In this document: piece by piece, positions 16,211 through 26,118 of the stretch
Position numbering within the stretch: the first letter of the stretch is position 1
How the letters are laid out: the number at the start of each line of letters is the position of its first letter
IMG/VR virus record: IMGVR_UViG_2857898870_000003
Coordinates: 1,009-65,008 of that record
Length of the DNA: 64,000 bases
Direction: 5' to 3' (one strand)
DNA from: a virus
Notes under the pieces: generated by a model
What the model saw: the letters and a program-made list of their open reading frames with translations, nothing else
What the model was told of the DNA's origin: nothing
Databases searched by the model: none
Position numbers and translations under genes: made by a program

Positions 16211-18325
16211 CTATAAACTCGACTCATTTTTTGGATATGAATCGATATATCCCGTTGATTCTTCTTTGATTATAGAAGGCTTAGGCATATCTTCGGATAT
16301 GAGCGCACCTATCATGTCTGTCATCAATATATCGTCGTGATTGCCACGACCGGGAATATTCCCGTAACTACCGTCCGGACGTTGCTCGTATTTTGACGCT
16401 TCCTTGTACATACGCTCATCCGGGTCTATAAACATATCGTCCTCGAAAGCCACTATGAAATTATCTACCATGTCCTGCTTGGTCTTTTTGTTGGTCTGGA
16501 AGCCTATCTTCTTGTATATGCCGTTCCTTATGTCCTCGGGATCCGTCGCCGCTCGCATGTAAAGATTAGGGTAGATATCCTCTATCTTTTTCAGTATGCC
16601 ACGAATATGATCGCCTTCCTCCACGAACTCTGACGCCTCTGATTTTTTCTTATCAAACGTATTGCTCTCGAAGGCGAGAAGGGCGTTCTTGTAGTATCTG
16701 GCGATCTTGACGGCTTTGTAGGCGAGCCAATCGTATCGTATATGACCGTGCCATCTGGCTACCACCTCCGCCTTTCCTCCGCTGAATCGTAAATTCCACC
16801 TGTTTATAACCGTTATGCATGACGGGTCAGAGTTCTTGCTACGTCCACCGACATCGACGATAACAAGATACTCGTTGGATGTCCTTGTATCATCGGGCCT
16901 CTTCCAGATTCTCAACAGGCCGTTCGGATTCTTGGAAAGAATTATCCTCTTGGTCTTCTCTGATTGGGATATGTCGCCAATGAACTCCGGGGGTGATACG
17001 TATCTTTCCCGCATTACCTCGATCGTATAGATATTGAACACGAGATTACCGGAATACTTGAAACACTCGACATCATCGGATGGTGCCTCGGATGCCATCG
17101 ATGCGTGATCATGGAACGAGGCCCTTTTCTTGATATACCATTTGATGTGCTCCAGCGTAGCTCCTTTTTCCCATAGAGACCATAGATACTGTCCCGGCTC
17201 GCTATTGTCATTAGGGGAGGTCGTGACATCCCTTCCCTCTAATAGATCCAATATGAAAAGCCGGATCTCTTTCTTGTCCTTGAATCTTATCATGTCGTTC
17301 TCGATAAAGAAGAACGGTATGAATAGCGCCTTACGGGATGACGTGCCCTCCTTGGCCATTTGGTACTCATCATAGAAATAACCGGCCATGCCGTTAGCCG
17401 TAGACTCGGAGATCTCCATGGTCAACGGTCTCTCCAATATATTCGAGTCTATGTTTGTTATAACCTGCTCCGCCGATTTGCCATCCGTTGTTTTCCAGTA
17501 GGCTACCTCCGAGAAGTGGGCCATGGCATAGTCCATACCACGTGTTGACTCGAAATTCTCATAAGATGCCACGGTTATCACGTTATCACGTACCTTGTTC
17601 CCGGACGGGTCGGTGATTATGGAGTCGGACGCCGAATGCTCGTAAGGGGCGAATTGTAACTTGTCAACACCATATATAAATCCCGGGATATTATCGAGAA
17701 CCTTTTTATACATGGCCTTGATACGTTTGGCGGTATCTTTCGTCTGGGCTATAATTACGGAATACCATCCTTCCATGACGAATAGCTGTATCCACGCCAT
17801 ATAGAGCTGTACCAAGGTGGAACCTCCCCATTGCCGGGCTTTCAATAATATTATACGGATCGGGACTCCCTTATGCCTCATTTCCTCCAGAACGGATAGC
17901 ACGTAACGTTGGGCGTAATTAAGCTCAAAGGGGATCATTTCTCCCGCCTCTTTCGACTTGATCTTAAATAACGAGAAAAAGGCGAAGGACGGGTCTCTCG
18001 AGCAACGGGCCCAAAATAGCATGTTGGCCACGTCCTCCTCATTTATCCCATCTGAATCCGGGTACAGCTCGTTGAACCTTATCGTGTAGTCCTTTATGGA
18101 ACCGGCTTTCAGGACATCCTGATACAGATCGTTTTTGAAAACCTCCTCGGTAAGCCACTGTACCCTTATGGGGTAATCATCTATGACAACCCTATGGCTA
18201 TGCCCCTCCATTCCACGCCCCGTGAATTGGTCGTGCGTGCCGAATATATTTTTCAGCCTCTTGTTATTCTCGGCCAATATAGACTCAACCTCTTCCGTGA
18301 ACGCTAATTTTCTGTATGACTCCAT
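16211..18325 (-). CDS. terL: Terminase large subunit (704 aa)
   Basis: N-terminal ATPase-like region with a Walker-A-like LLKARQWGGST and a Walker-B-like hydrophobic stretch ending AHFSEVAYW. C-terminal RNaseH-like nuclease signatures (LVIVDVGGRS, HDDILMTDMIGA). Size and position next to morphogenesis genes fit TerL of Bacteroides phages. Confidence 0.6.
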   Translation of the reverse strand: MESYRKLAFTEEVESILAENNKRLKNIFGTHDQFTGRGMEGHSHRVVIDDYPIRVQWLTEEVFKNDLYQDVLKAGSIKDYTIRFNELYPDSDGINEEDVANMLFWARCSRDPSFAFFSLFKIKSKEAGEMIPFELNYAQRYVLSVLEEMRHKGVPIRIILLKARQWGGSTLVQLYMAWIQLFVMEGWYSVIIAQTKDTAKRIKAMYKKVLDNIPGFIYGVDKLQFAPYEHSASDSIITDPSGNKVRDNVITVASYENFESTRGMDYAMAHFSEVAYWKTTDGKSAEQVITNIDSNILERPLTMEISESTANGMAGYFYDEYQMAKEGTSSRKALFIPFFFIENDMIRFKDKKEIRLFILDLLEGRDVTTSPNDNSEPGQYLWSLWEKGATLEHIKWYIKKRASFHDHASMASEAPSDDVECFKYSGNLVFNIYTIEVMRERYVSPPEFIGDISQSEKTKRIILSKNPNGLLRIWKRPDDTRTSNEYLVIVDVGGRSKNSDPSCITVINRWNLRFSGGKAEVVARWHGHIRYDWLAYKAVKIARYYKNALLAFESNTFDKKKSEASEFVEEGDHIRGILKKIEDIYPNLYMRAATDPEDIRNGIYKKIGFQTNKKTKQDMVDNFIVAFEDDMFIDPDERMYKEASKYEQRPDGSYGNIPGRGNHDDILMTDMIGALISEDMPKPSIIKEESTGYIDSYPKNESSL

Positions 18326-18758
18326 AGATGATATAGGCTATTAGGAATGACAGCAAGTGTATCCTCCAGTTGAATAAGGGGATAAACGCCATGACGATAT
18401 TGCTCAATATTATTCTCCAAAGGCTTAGTTTATAGGCGTGATATCTGCGGGCGTAACATCCCATGATAAATCCGGACATGCCGCATGTAGGAACCGGCAA
18501 TGAGGCTAGTGGTACGAACGAGGCCAAGACGCAAGACACGTAACCGATCAGGCATGTTTTCACACGAGGCTTAAACTGGAATAAGGCGATAAGATTTAAT
18601 GATAAATGAAATATGTTGGCGTGGGTGAACATGTAAAGGAAATGGTCGTATGGAATGGAATTGGTATCGAAATAGAAATGTTTACCTGCGAGTTGGAGTA
18701 TGACGCTTGTCAAGGCGATTATTAATGAAGGAATCAGTCTTTTTAGCTTACCTTCCAT
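18285..18758 (-). CDS. Rhomboid-family intramembrane serine protease-like protein (157 aa)
   Basis: Multi-TM protein carrying rhomboid hallmarks: THANIFHLSLN (TM2 H..HL..N motif), CGMSGFIMG (GxSG catalytic-serine motif) and a later TM histidine (WRIHLLSFLIAYIIYG). Overlaps the terL start by 41 nt. Confidence 0.5.
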   Translation of the reverse strand: MEGKLKRLIPSLIIALTSVILQLAGKHFYFDTNSIPYDHFLYMFTHANIFHLSLNLIALFQFKPRVKTCLIGYVSCVLASFVPLASLPVPTCGMSGFIMGCYARRYHAYKLSLWRIILSNIVMAFIPLFNWRIHLLSFLIAYIIYGVIQKISVHGRG

Positions 18759-19155
18759 TTTTCCTTTCCCGGTTGATGCGTTGTATTATCGCCAACGCCC
18801 GTGAATAGGATATGTAAAAACAGGGGGCCGTTTGATAGACCGCGAAAGAGGTGATGAAATAAACGGAGCTTCCCTTGAATTCTCTCTTTTTCTCCAGCTC
18901 TTTGTAAATCTCATAAATGTCATCGATCATCTTGTTCCTGATCGATCGACCTTTTTCCTTGGTCTTCCCTTTCCTGATCAGCAGGATTCCCCTATACGCT
19001 TGAAGGGTGGAGATCCAGAACCTAGAGGCATGTGAGGATATAGCCCTCATTACCGCCTCTCGGTGGGATTTCACTTCCCTCATCTTCAAAGCACGTCTAT
19101 AAGCTTCGTAAAGCTCCATGTCCCGCTCTGGGATGAAATCTACGCCATTAACCAT
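18748..19155 (-). CDS. Hypothetical basic protein (135 aa), upstream of the rhomboid and terL genes; possible small terminase or DNA-binding protein
   Basis: Position is first in the minus-strand terL operon. Basic, helical composition. No motif. Confidence 0.3.
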   Translation of the reverse strand: MVNGVDFIPERDMELYEAYRRALKMREVKSHREAVMRAISSHASRFWISTLQAYRGILLIRKGKTKEKGRSIRNKMIDDIYEIYKELEKKREFKGSSVYFITSFAVYQTAPCFYISYSRALAIIQRINRERKNGR

Positions 19156-19308
19156 AAAGAACGCTTGTTTTGGTGAACATCACAAAGATAGAAAATAGAT
19201 TCACATGTTTGATTATTCTTAGGGTTCATGGGTTAAATAAAATAATCAAAATAACAAAACGGATATACCTTATTATTTTCCTTTGCCTAAAACAAAATCG
19301 ATTAAGGT

Positions 19309-20013
19309 ATGGCAGATATATCTAACAAAGAGAGATTCAGACAAAGATACGCCAAACGGAATCCGGATCTTAACATGGATGACGAGGAGGCTTACTACGG
19401 CTCGGTCAACCAGTTCATGGACGAGTATGAGGGTTACGAGGGAAACTCTAAGAAAATGCGGGAGAACCTATCGAAGAGTCCAGCTTTCGCCGAGTTGATG
19501 GTAGCCGCTAGGGATCAGGATGATTTCGATCCCGTGGTGTGGATGGTACAGAATAAGGGGCTTGACTTAAAAGCCTTGGCCGATGATCCCGATTATTCGC
19601 AAAAGCTGGCCGACGCTCATAACGCTTACTTGGAGAAACTGGCGAAACAGGACGAGATCGAGAAACAAATGTCGGAGAATATGCCGGCTAGCGTGGAAGC
19701 GATTAGGGCGAAAGCCTCGGAGATGGGCCTTTCCGATGATCAAGCGGAGGAGGTTATAGGCAATATGTATCAAGTCATGGATGACTTGATCGTCGGTAAA
19801 TTGGACCCGTCTATTTTCGAGATGATGGCCAAGGGAATGAATTATAACCAAGACGTGGAGGCCGCTCGGGAGGAAGGCGTTGCGGAAGGGATCAACAAGA
19901 AAGTTACCGACAAGTTAAAGGATCTTAGCGGTAAGCAGGAAAGGCCGAGAGGAAGACAAGGAGCACGGCAGGAGAAGCCGGTTACGCAAGACGTGAACAA
20001 TCCTTTTTTATAA
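19309..20013 (+). CDS. Acidic helical protein (234 aa); scaffolding-protein-like
   Basis: Highly acidic, coiled composition (DDEEAYYGSVNQFMDEYEGYEG...). Sits directly upstream of the capsid candidate. Confidence 0.35.
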   Translation: MADISNKERFRQRYAKRNPDLNMDDEEAYYGSVNQFMDEYEGYEGNSKKMRENLSKSPAFAELMVAARDQDDFDPVVWMVQNKGLDLKALADDPDYSQKLADAHNAYLEKLAKQDEIEKQMSENMPASVEAIRAKASEMGLSDDQAEEVIGNMYQVMDDLIVGKLDPSIFEMMAKGMNYNQDVEAAREEGVAEGINKKVTDKLKDLSGKQERPRGRQGARQEKPVTQDVNNPFL

Positions 20014-20042
20014 TAAGAATAATAACAATTAATACTTTTGCG

Positions 20043-21644
20043 ATGAATAAATTATTTAAAGACAAGATGTTTTGGGTCAAGGCTTTGTTCTTTGTCTTGG
20101 CGGTATTGACTGGTGGAGCGGCTATGGCCGTGGAGATCGGGGAGAATGGAAGTGATACGGATCCCAATGATGGCAAGCCGTTGGAGAACGCGACCCCGGA
20201 CGCAGCAGGTAAGGGTATTGATCAGCAGGGGCAGGGGGCTACCGGATCTGCGGTCACTGACGCTGATCTGGCCGAGAACAAGGTAGAGGATTACGTCAGT
20301 AAATTTCAAGCGTACAAATATCCCATGCACACGGATTTCCTCAAGCTCGCCAAGCAAGTCCATGTCAACACGAAGGAACCGGAGCATTACAATATTGGCG
20401 AGGCTATAATGGATTGCGTTACCAAGGCGGCGGTGACCAACACGGAAAAGGACGCTGAGGTAAAACTAAGCTTGTATAAGAATGACGAGAAGTTATTTGC
20501 CGAGTGCAACACTGTCTTGGTAGACGGCGTAACCGGATATGATGAGAACGGAAATTCTGACGGTAGTCCGTTAGTCCTCTATGTCATATCCGCGGATAAG
20601 GCTAACGGTATTATGGTTTCCGCTCTTAATGGCCCGTTGGATGAAGGAAAAAACATGTATGTGCCGGATTTGAAAGCGGGTACCGGATTGCACATCATGG
20701 CACCGGCCATGAGTGAGAGTGAGGTGGAGATCGCCCCGGATTCCGCTTATCCCAAGAAAGAGATCGCCTACTTGCAGAAGAAGGTATGTCCGATTACGTG
20801 GACGGAATTCTTCGAGCGTATCAATAAGAAGGCTAAGTGGAACGTGCAAGACTTGAAGGATTGGACTTTGTCTAATTTCCGCAAGAAATGTACACGCACG
20901 ATGTTGATCGGCGTAGGTACGAAGTTCGTGAAGTATGGCTCCAAGAAAACAGGTACCGAATACGTGTATGCCCAGAAAGGCGTGTTGAGACAATTACGGC
21001 TGGGTTACCAGATCGGTTCGACATTGGAGTTCGCCGATCTTATCGGTATCACCCGTATGCTTTTCGGAAAATACTCAAACACGAACGAGATGGACGTGTA
21101 TTGCGGTACCAAGTTCATCGAGAAGTTGTTGAACATCGATTTCACGAAACATAAGGATATCTCATTCGTCAAGAAACAGAATATCGGTATCGATATCTCC
21201 TCTTTTGAGACCACTTTCGGAAAGTTGAACTTCAAGGTAGAGCATGCCCTTGACGATCTTGGATATGAGGAATGCGCCGTAGCTTTCCCGATGTCCGAGG
21301 CCAAGCGTTATTACTACCAAAAAGGAAAGACTCTTACCGTGGATCACTCCAAGGGAGAAGGCGGTGAGGTACGGGAGGCCAAATCCCAATATTATATTCA
21401 GGATGACTGCTTGATGCTTACGGGTTATAACTCGATGCTGATCGGTCCGGACGTGACAGTGAGCGGATATAAGCTGTCTATGCTTGACACAGTCGTTTCC
21501 AGCGTGGCTTCCCTGAGTTCCGTATCTACACCGAAAAAGGACGATGTGGTTTACTTGACCGTAGCGGACGATACGCACGCCGTCGGATTGTATGTATATG
21601 ACGGTACCGCATGGAAACCATACAAGGGAGAGATTAACGTGTAA
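20043..21644 (+). CDS. Putative major capsid/structural protein (533 aa) with an N-terminal signal-peptide-like hydrophobic segment
   Basis: Position after the scaffold-like gene and size suit an MCP. However, MFWVKALFFVLAVLTGGAAMA looks like a cleavable signal peptide (AMA/VE), which is atypical for an MCP. Assignment is therefore tentative. Confidence 0.3.
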   Translation: MNKLFKDKMFWVKALFFVLAVLTGGAAMAVEIGENGSDTDPNDGKPLENATPDAAGKGIDQQGQGATGSAVTDADLAENKVEDYVSKFQAYKYPMHTDFLKLAKQVHVNTKEPEHYNIGEAIMDCVTKAAVTNTEKDAEVKLSLYKNDEKLFAECNTVLVDGVTGYDENGNSDGSPLVLYVISADKANGIMVSALNGPLDEGKNMYVPDLKAGTGLHIMAPAMSESEVEIAPDSAYPKKEIAYLQKKVCPITWTEFFERINKKAKWNVQDLKDWTLSNFRKKCTRTMLIGVGTKFVKYGSKKTGTEYVYAQKGVLRQLRLGYQIGSTLEFADLIGITRMLFGKYSNTNEMDVYCGTKFIEKLLNIDFTKHKDISFVKKQNIGIDISSFETTFGKLNFKVEHALDDLGYEECAVAFPMSEAKRYYYQKGKTLTVDHSKGEGGEVREAKSQYYIQDDCLMLTGYNSMLIGPDVTVSGYKLSMLDTVVSSVASLSSVSTPKKDDVVYLTVADDTHAVGLYVYDGTAWKPYKGEINV

Positions 21645-21709
21645 ACTGTAATATTGTCAAACAAGACCCACCGGAGCAAACGCACGGTGGGTCTAATAAA
21701 ATCAATCGA

Positions 21710-22114
21710 ATGATCACGAAAACATATGAGTTGGTAGGCAAGGATAATTGCATGCTCCGTACTATATACTGCGGCACAAGGGTCAGCATGGAGTTCAAGG
21801 GCGGTAATTTCATCAATGGCAAGAACGCCTTACTACGGACTAGCAACCCTTTCGTACAAGACGCTATCGAGAATGATTGCCGATTTGGTACGTCTATCCG
21901 GCTCGTCTCTACGTTAAAAGACGATGATGTGTCTGGTGTCTCGGTCATGAGGAACTCGAGAGGCCGGGAAAAACAAGTGAAAGAGGTCAAGACCGTAAAG
22001 AACGTGAATGATGCTATTGACTATTTCGCCAAGATGGGCTATAAGGTGGAGAACGATGATATGCTCGAGGAGTTAAAGGATAAATTAAGTGTCTCATTCC
22101 CGAACATGAAATGA
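21710..22114 (+). CDS. Hypothetical structural-module protein (134 aa)
   Basis: ORF in the morphogenesis block. No motif. Confidence 0.4.
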   Translation: MITKTYELVGKDNCMLRTIYCGTRVSMEFKGGNFINGKNALLRTSNPFVQDAIENDCRFGTSIRLVSTLKDDDVSGVSVMRNSRGREKQVKEVKTVKNVNDAIDYFAKMGYKVENDDMLEELKDKLSVSFPNMK

Positions 22115-22115
22115 T

Positions 22116-22754
22116 ATGGATATTAGCGTGAGCGACATAGTGAGTGAGGTCAAGATCTGCATAGACGAGATCGGGCTTAATGACGCTGAGTTCCTAGGAA
22201 CGCAGGATAACGAGGAAATGGACACGATTATCAAGTCCAAGATATCGGAGGCGTTGCGCTTCGTGAACGGTAACGCGGACTGGGGCCTGCTGGAACCGAA
22301 CAAGATAATAACGGACGGAACCATAAAGGACGATCTTGTCGCTCATGTAAGTTTGCCGGAGAACTACTCTCGGATTTGTTACGCTAGGCTATCATCATGG
22401 CCTTTATTTATTTCAGATCCTATCTATTGGAACGATAAGGAATACGCCACGCTGTCGGATCCATACGCAACGGGGACATGGGAAAGACCTAAACTGGCGT
22501 TGACCATGAGGCCGGGTAAGACATTGGAGCTATATAAGGCGAAGGATAAATCCGACACGTTCGAGATCGGGATCATAACGGACGAGGATATAACGGATAG
22601 CTTGGAGGTAAGCCCCAAGCTGAAAAAGGCGCTGATCTATTATATATCCGGCCTCACGTTGCTTACTTACAGGGATCAGCATGCGGACAGTATGTTTAAT
22701 CAAGCGTTGGTTCTTATGGGTGTCAATCCATCCGGAGCCAACTCCAATCAATAA
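22116..22754 (+). CDS. Hypothetical structural-module protein (212 aa); head-tail connector candidate
   Basis: Starts 2 nt after the previous gene. No motif. Confidence 0.4.
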   Translation: MDISVSDIVSEVKICIDEIGLNDAEFLGTQDNEEMDTIIKSKISEALRFVNGNADWGLLEPNKIITDGTIKDDLVAHVSLPENYSRICYARLSSWPLFISDPIYWNDKEYATLSDPYATGTWERPKLALTMRPGKTLELYKAKDKSDTFEIGIITDEDITDSLEVSPKLKKALIYYISGLTLLTYRDQHADSMFNQALVLMGVNPSGANSNQ

Positions 22755-22769
22755 CAAGACTATAGAATC

Positions 22770-25700
22770 ATGGTATACATATTCAAGGACAGGTTAATTC
22801 GGGTAGAGTGGACTATTTACAAGGGGATAAGCCCGGTGAAAGAGGATTTCTCCCGATCTAATGTAAAGGTTTTTCTATTAGGCAACCGGGAGAAATATCT
22901 ACTTCAAGCGAGAGCGGACAAAGGTACGCTTTATGTAGACATTCCTTCAGGGTTGGAAGAAGGAACTTACTCTATCGAGGCGATATGGGTCAAGAATATG
23001 GATCATGTCTTTGATACACGAAGCGTATGCCGCTCCAAGAAAGAGGATCTTTTCTCTATTACCGAATTTGAGGACGAGGCTACGAATATCGGAGAAGGTG
23101 TCGTCGTGCTGAAAGTAAAGACCTCTACCGCCACTTATGGCTATGATGGCTTGTCCTCATATGAGCTGGCCGTATTACGTGGGGACTGGAACGGTACGGA
23201 AGGAGAGTGGCTGAAGCATGAGCGTTACGTAAGCGTGCTCGATTCCCGTGGTGATAGCGAGGTTGATACCATGAGCCAAAAGGCCATTACTGATGAACTG
23301 GAGGCACAAGACAATGCCATAGAGGATATTAGGGAAGATACGGAAAAACTTGATAATCGTGTGGAGAAAGCGGAGGTCAAGGTTAATAATATGGGGGATG
23401 TCGTTGATGAGATCAAGAGCCACGCCCCGGTATCAGCCCGTCCCGCCGGTTTCAAGCCGGACATCGACCTTACCCCGGAGATCACGGTAGACCGTGCTTG
23501 GAGAGACCATGAGGGTAACGTTATCCGTGATACGTATATCACCCGGAGGGGATTGAGGAACGAGATAATCGACATCACCAACCAGCAGGTAACGGACTTG
23601 AAGCCCGGTTCCGTCGATCCGGACGATCTTTCCGAGGCTACCAAGCAATTGATCGGTAACAAGAGCATAACCAACCTTCCGGACGAGGAGGATATAACCG
23701 TGACGGATAATCGGACCTTGAAGTTGAAAGATAAGGAATACGCCCCGAAGGATTACTCCGGCATGGGACGTGTGTATCTCCGGAAGCATTACGTGAACGG
23801 CGTGAACACGCTCACGCAGCACATGATGAGAAAGCCTAATACCATTTATATCATACAGTATGACTACTGCCTAGCCGGGCAGACGATCGAAGTGCCGGAG
23901 AATTGCGTGCTGGAGTTCCAAGGGGGGAGTTTGAGGAATGGTGTTTTAACAGGAAATTATACTGAGCTTAATTTGTCTTATGGCAATTTTAGCGATATAA
24001 ACTTTAGAGGATCTTTTAATAGCAAGAGTACGATTCTTCCAATAATGTTTAATGGGACGGATGATGATATTTTCCGTGACATGTCCTCATTATCATATTG
24101 TGGGTTTTTTAATATCGTTATACCTTATAAATCATATGCCTTAAAAAATATTCACGTTTTTAAGACTGGATTAATCAGTAAGGATGATGGGGTTTATTCG
24201 GGAAAGACTCCTTTATATTCCCACGTTCAGGATTTCGCTAAGTACGATAAACCGATTCTTGTCCCATGTGGAAATTTTAAATTCTCACATTTAGGATTTA
24301 CTACATCTTATCAAGGGTTGACATATAATCCCAATACTAGACAATATGCCTTATCTTTTTCAGAAGATAGCAGTGAAGATGGAAAAGCTAAAATTGTCAT
24401 AGTTGACGAAAAGTTCAATTTTGTAAGATTTAAAATACTGGAAAATGGAGGTCATGCTAATGACATGGCCTATAATCCCAATACAAATGAACTTTTGGTT
24501 TCACCAATTAAAGGGAAAACAATTAATATTTATAATTGGGATGAAGATTTCACGCTAAAGAAAACCGTGACAATAAATAGCACATCTTTAGATCCTATAG
24601 AGTCTATCGGATACGATCAAGTCAATAATATATATGCGATCAAGGCCGTTACAGAAGTAATAGTTACGGATACTGATTTTAATGTGTTGTATTCTCATGA
24701 TATATCATTACCAGATATGTATATATCTCAATCTATGGAATTTAATAATGGTAACTTGATATTATGGTGTACTGATCGATTTGACTTGAATAGTGATATT
24801 ACAAATAATTTCATTGTCGTGTTTAGTGTAGATGGTAAATTATTAGATTCTTATAATTATCCATCCTTGTATAAATATGAGGAAAGTGAAGGGATCGTTT
24901 ATATTCCATGTGAAAATAGTTTTTTATTGTCTACATATTCTATTGGTGAAATTCATTTTTATAAGTATGAAAGGAATATTCAATCCCATAGTCACGCTTT
25001 AACGGATATAATAAATTCTGGTTTGACCGAAATGCATTCTAAAAAAGATAGGGTTGTATATGTTGATAGTAATAATAATGGATTTTATGACGGTACTAGA
25101 AAATATCCTTATCCAACTATTACCGAAGCATTGAACCATATCAATAAGATCACTCCTATAAATATGGTAGTATCACCCGGTATATATAATGAGGCTGTGT
25201 ATATTACAGGTAATGCTAGACTTGCTATATATAACGATGATCCTTCCAGGGAAGTTAGAATAAAATCTATTGACTGCTCTAATACTACTATTCTTTTATA
25301 TGATCTTACATTTACGGATGATTCCAATCCTATTATTTTTTCTCATGGGAATGCTTACCTTAATAATGTTAAGGTAGGTCCTTCTAAAGATCCTATCAAA
25401 GATGCTCCATATGGTACAAAAGGTATTCAATTTTATAACGGATGTATAGCTTATATTTACAAAGCGATTGTCGATTCTTTTAGTTGTGCGGTATATGTTA
25501 GCTCATCAAGTGTCGTATCTATCAATCATCTTAGTGGAAGTAATAATTATTATGGCTTCATTACTGATGGTGGGGATATTCTATTTGAGCTTTTTGAGAG
25601 AATAACTATTGGAACAAGACTATTGACATATATTAAACCGTCATGTTTATTGTTACCGTCGAATAATAGACCTTACGCTATTGAAGGAGCTTTCGTGTAT

Positions 25701-25772
25701 GATACAACATTAAAAAAGCCAATCTGGTGGAACGGTACGAACTGGGTCGACGCTACCGGAGCTACCGTATAA
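22770..25772 (+). CDS. Tail fiber/tailspike-like protein (1000 aa) with an AT-rich mosaic C-terminal half
   Basis: The N-terminal third has the fibre-associated motif YGYDGLSSYELAVLRGDWNGTEGEWLK. From about 23940 onward the DNA is markedly AT-rich and the protein becomes Asn/Tyr/Ile-rich (beta-rich receptor-binding-domain-like). Confidence 0.5.
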   Translation: MVYIFKDRLIRVEWTIYKGISPVKEDFSRSNVKVFLLGNREKYLLQARADKGTLYVDIPSGLEEGTYSIEAIWVKNMDHVFDTRSVCRSKKEDLFSITEFEDEATNIGEGVVVLKVKTSTATYGYDGLSSYELAVLRGDWNGTEGEWLKHERYVSVLDSRGDSEVDTMSQKAITDELEAQDNAIEDIREDTEKLDNRVEKAEVKVNNMGDVVDEIKSHAPVSARPAGFKPDIDLTPEITVDRAWRDHEGNVIRDTYITRRGLRNEIIDITNQQVTDLKPGSVDPDDLSEATKQLIGNKSITNLPDEEDITVTDNRTLKLKDKEYAPKDYSGMGRVYLRKHYVNGVNTLTQHMMRKPNTIYIIQYDYCLAGQTIEVPENCVLEFQGGSLRNGVLTGNYTELNLSYGNFSDINFRGSFNSKSTILPIMFNGTDDDIFRDMSSLSYCGFFNIVIPYKSYALKNIHVFKTGLISKDDGVYSGKTPLYSHVQDFAKYDKPILVPCGNFKFSHLGFTTSYQGLTYNPNTRQYALSFSEDSSEDGKAKIVIVDEKFNFVRFKILENGGHANDMAYNPNTNELLVSPIKGKTINIYNWDEDFTLKKTVTINSTSLDPIESIGYDQVNNIYAIKAVTEVIVTDTDFNVLYSHDISLPDMYISQSMEFNNGNLILWCTDRFDLNSDITNNFIVVFSVDGKLLDSYNYPSLYKYEESEGIVYIPCENSFLLSTYSIGEIHFYKYERNIQSHSHALTDIINSGLTEMHSKKDRVVYVDSNNNGFYDGTRKYPYPTITEALNHINKITPINMVVSPGIYNEAVYITGNARLAIYNDDPSREVRIKSIDCSNTTILLYDLTFTDDSNPIIFSHGNAYLNNVKVGPSKDPIKDAPYGTKGIQFYNGCIAYIYKAIVDSFSCAVYVSSSSVVSINHLSGSNNYYGFITDGGDILFELFERITIGTRLLTYIKPSCLLLPSNNRPYAIEGAFVYDTTLKKPIWWNGTNWVDATGATV

Positions 25773-25791
25773 CCATTAAAACATTATAATC

Positions 25792-26097
25792 ATGAGACAA
25801 TTCATATACAAAATCATCAGAAAGATATTCAAGCTTGTATTTTCTGTTTACAAGCCGAAGGTAAGGACATTGTATAAAGGCCGTAGGAACATCGATCTTA
25901 CGGAGAACGGCGATCAGCGCATAAGGGTAGGTAAGCCTTTCTATCTGGCCGGGAACATCTACAAATTAGATCAGTTGGATAATACGAGCGTATTCAAGTT
26001 GGCCCTTTACAAGAAGGAAAGCGAGGATTGGTCAAAGGCTAACGACCTTGATTTGATCTTGAGACTTAACGTCGGCTACAACATATTTTACGTATAA
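25792..26097 (+). CDS. Hypothetical small protein (101 aa) in the tail module
   Basis: ORF track only. Confidence 0.35.
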   Translation: MRQFIYKIIRKIFKLVFSVYKPKVRTLYKGRRNIDLTENGDQRIRVGKPFYLAGNIYKLDQLDNTSVFKLALYKKESEDWSKANDLDLILRLNVGYNIFYV

Positions 26098-26118
26098 CGA
26101 ACTAAAGCACGATACATT

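Noticed and set aside
19283-19498. 71-aa + ORF overlapping the start of the scaffold-like gene
   Set aside because: Different frame of the same region. The basic, low-complexity product is less plausible than the 234-aa acidic protein.
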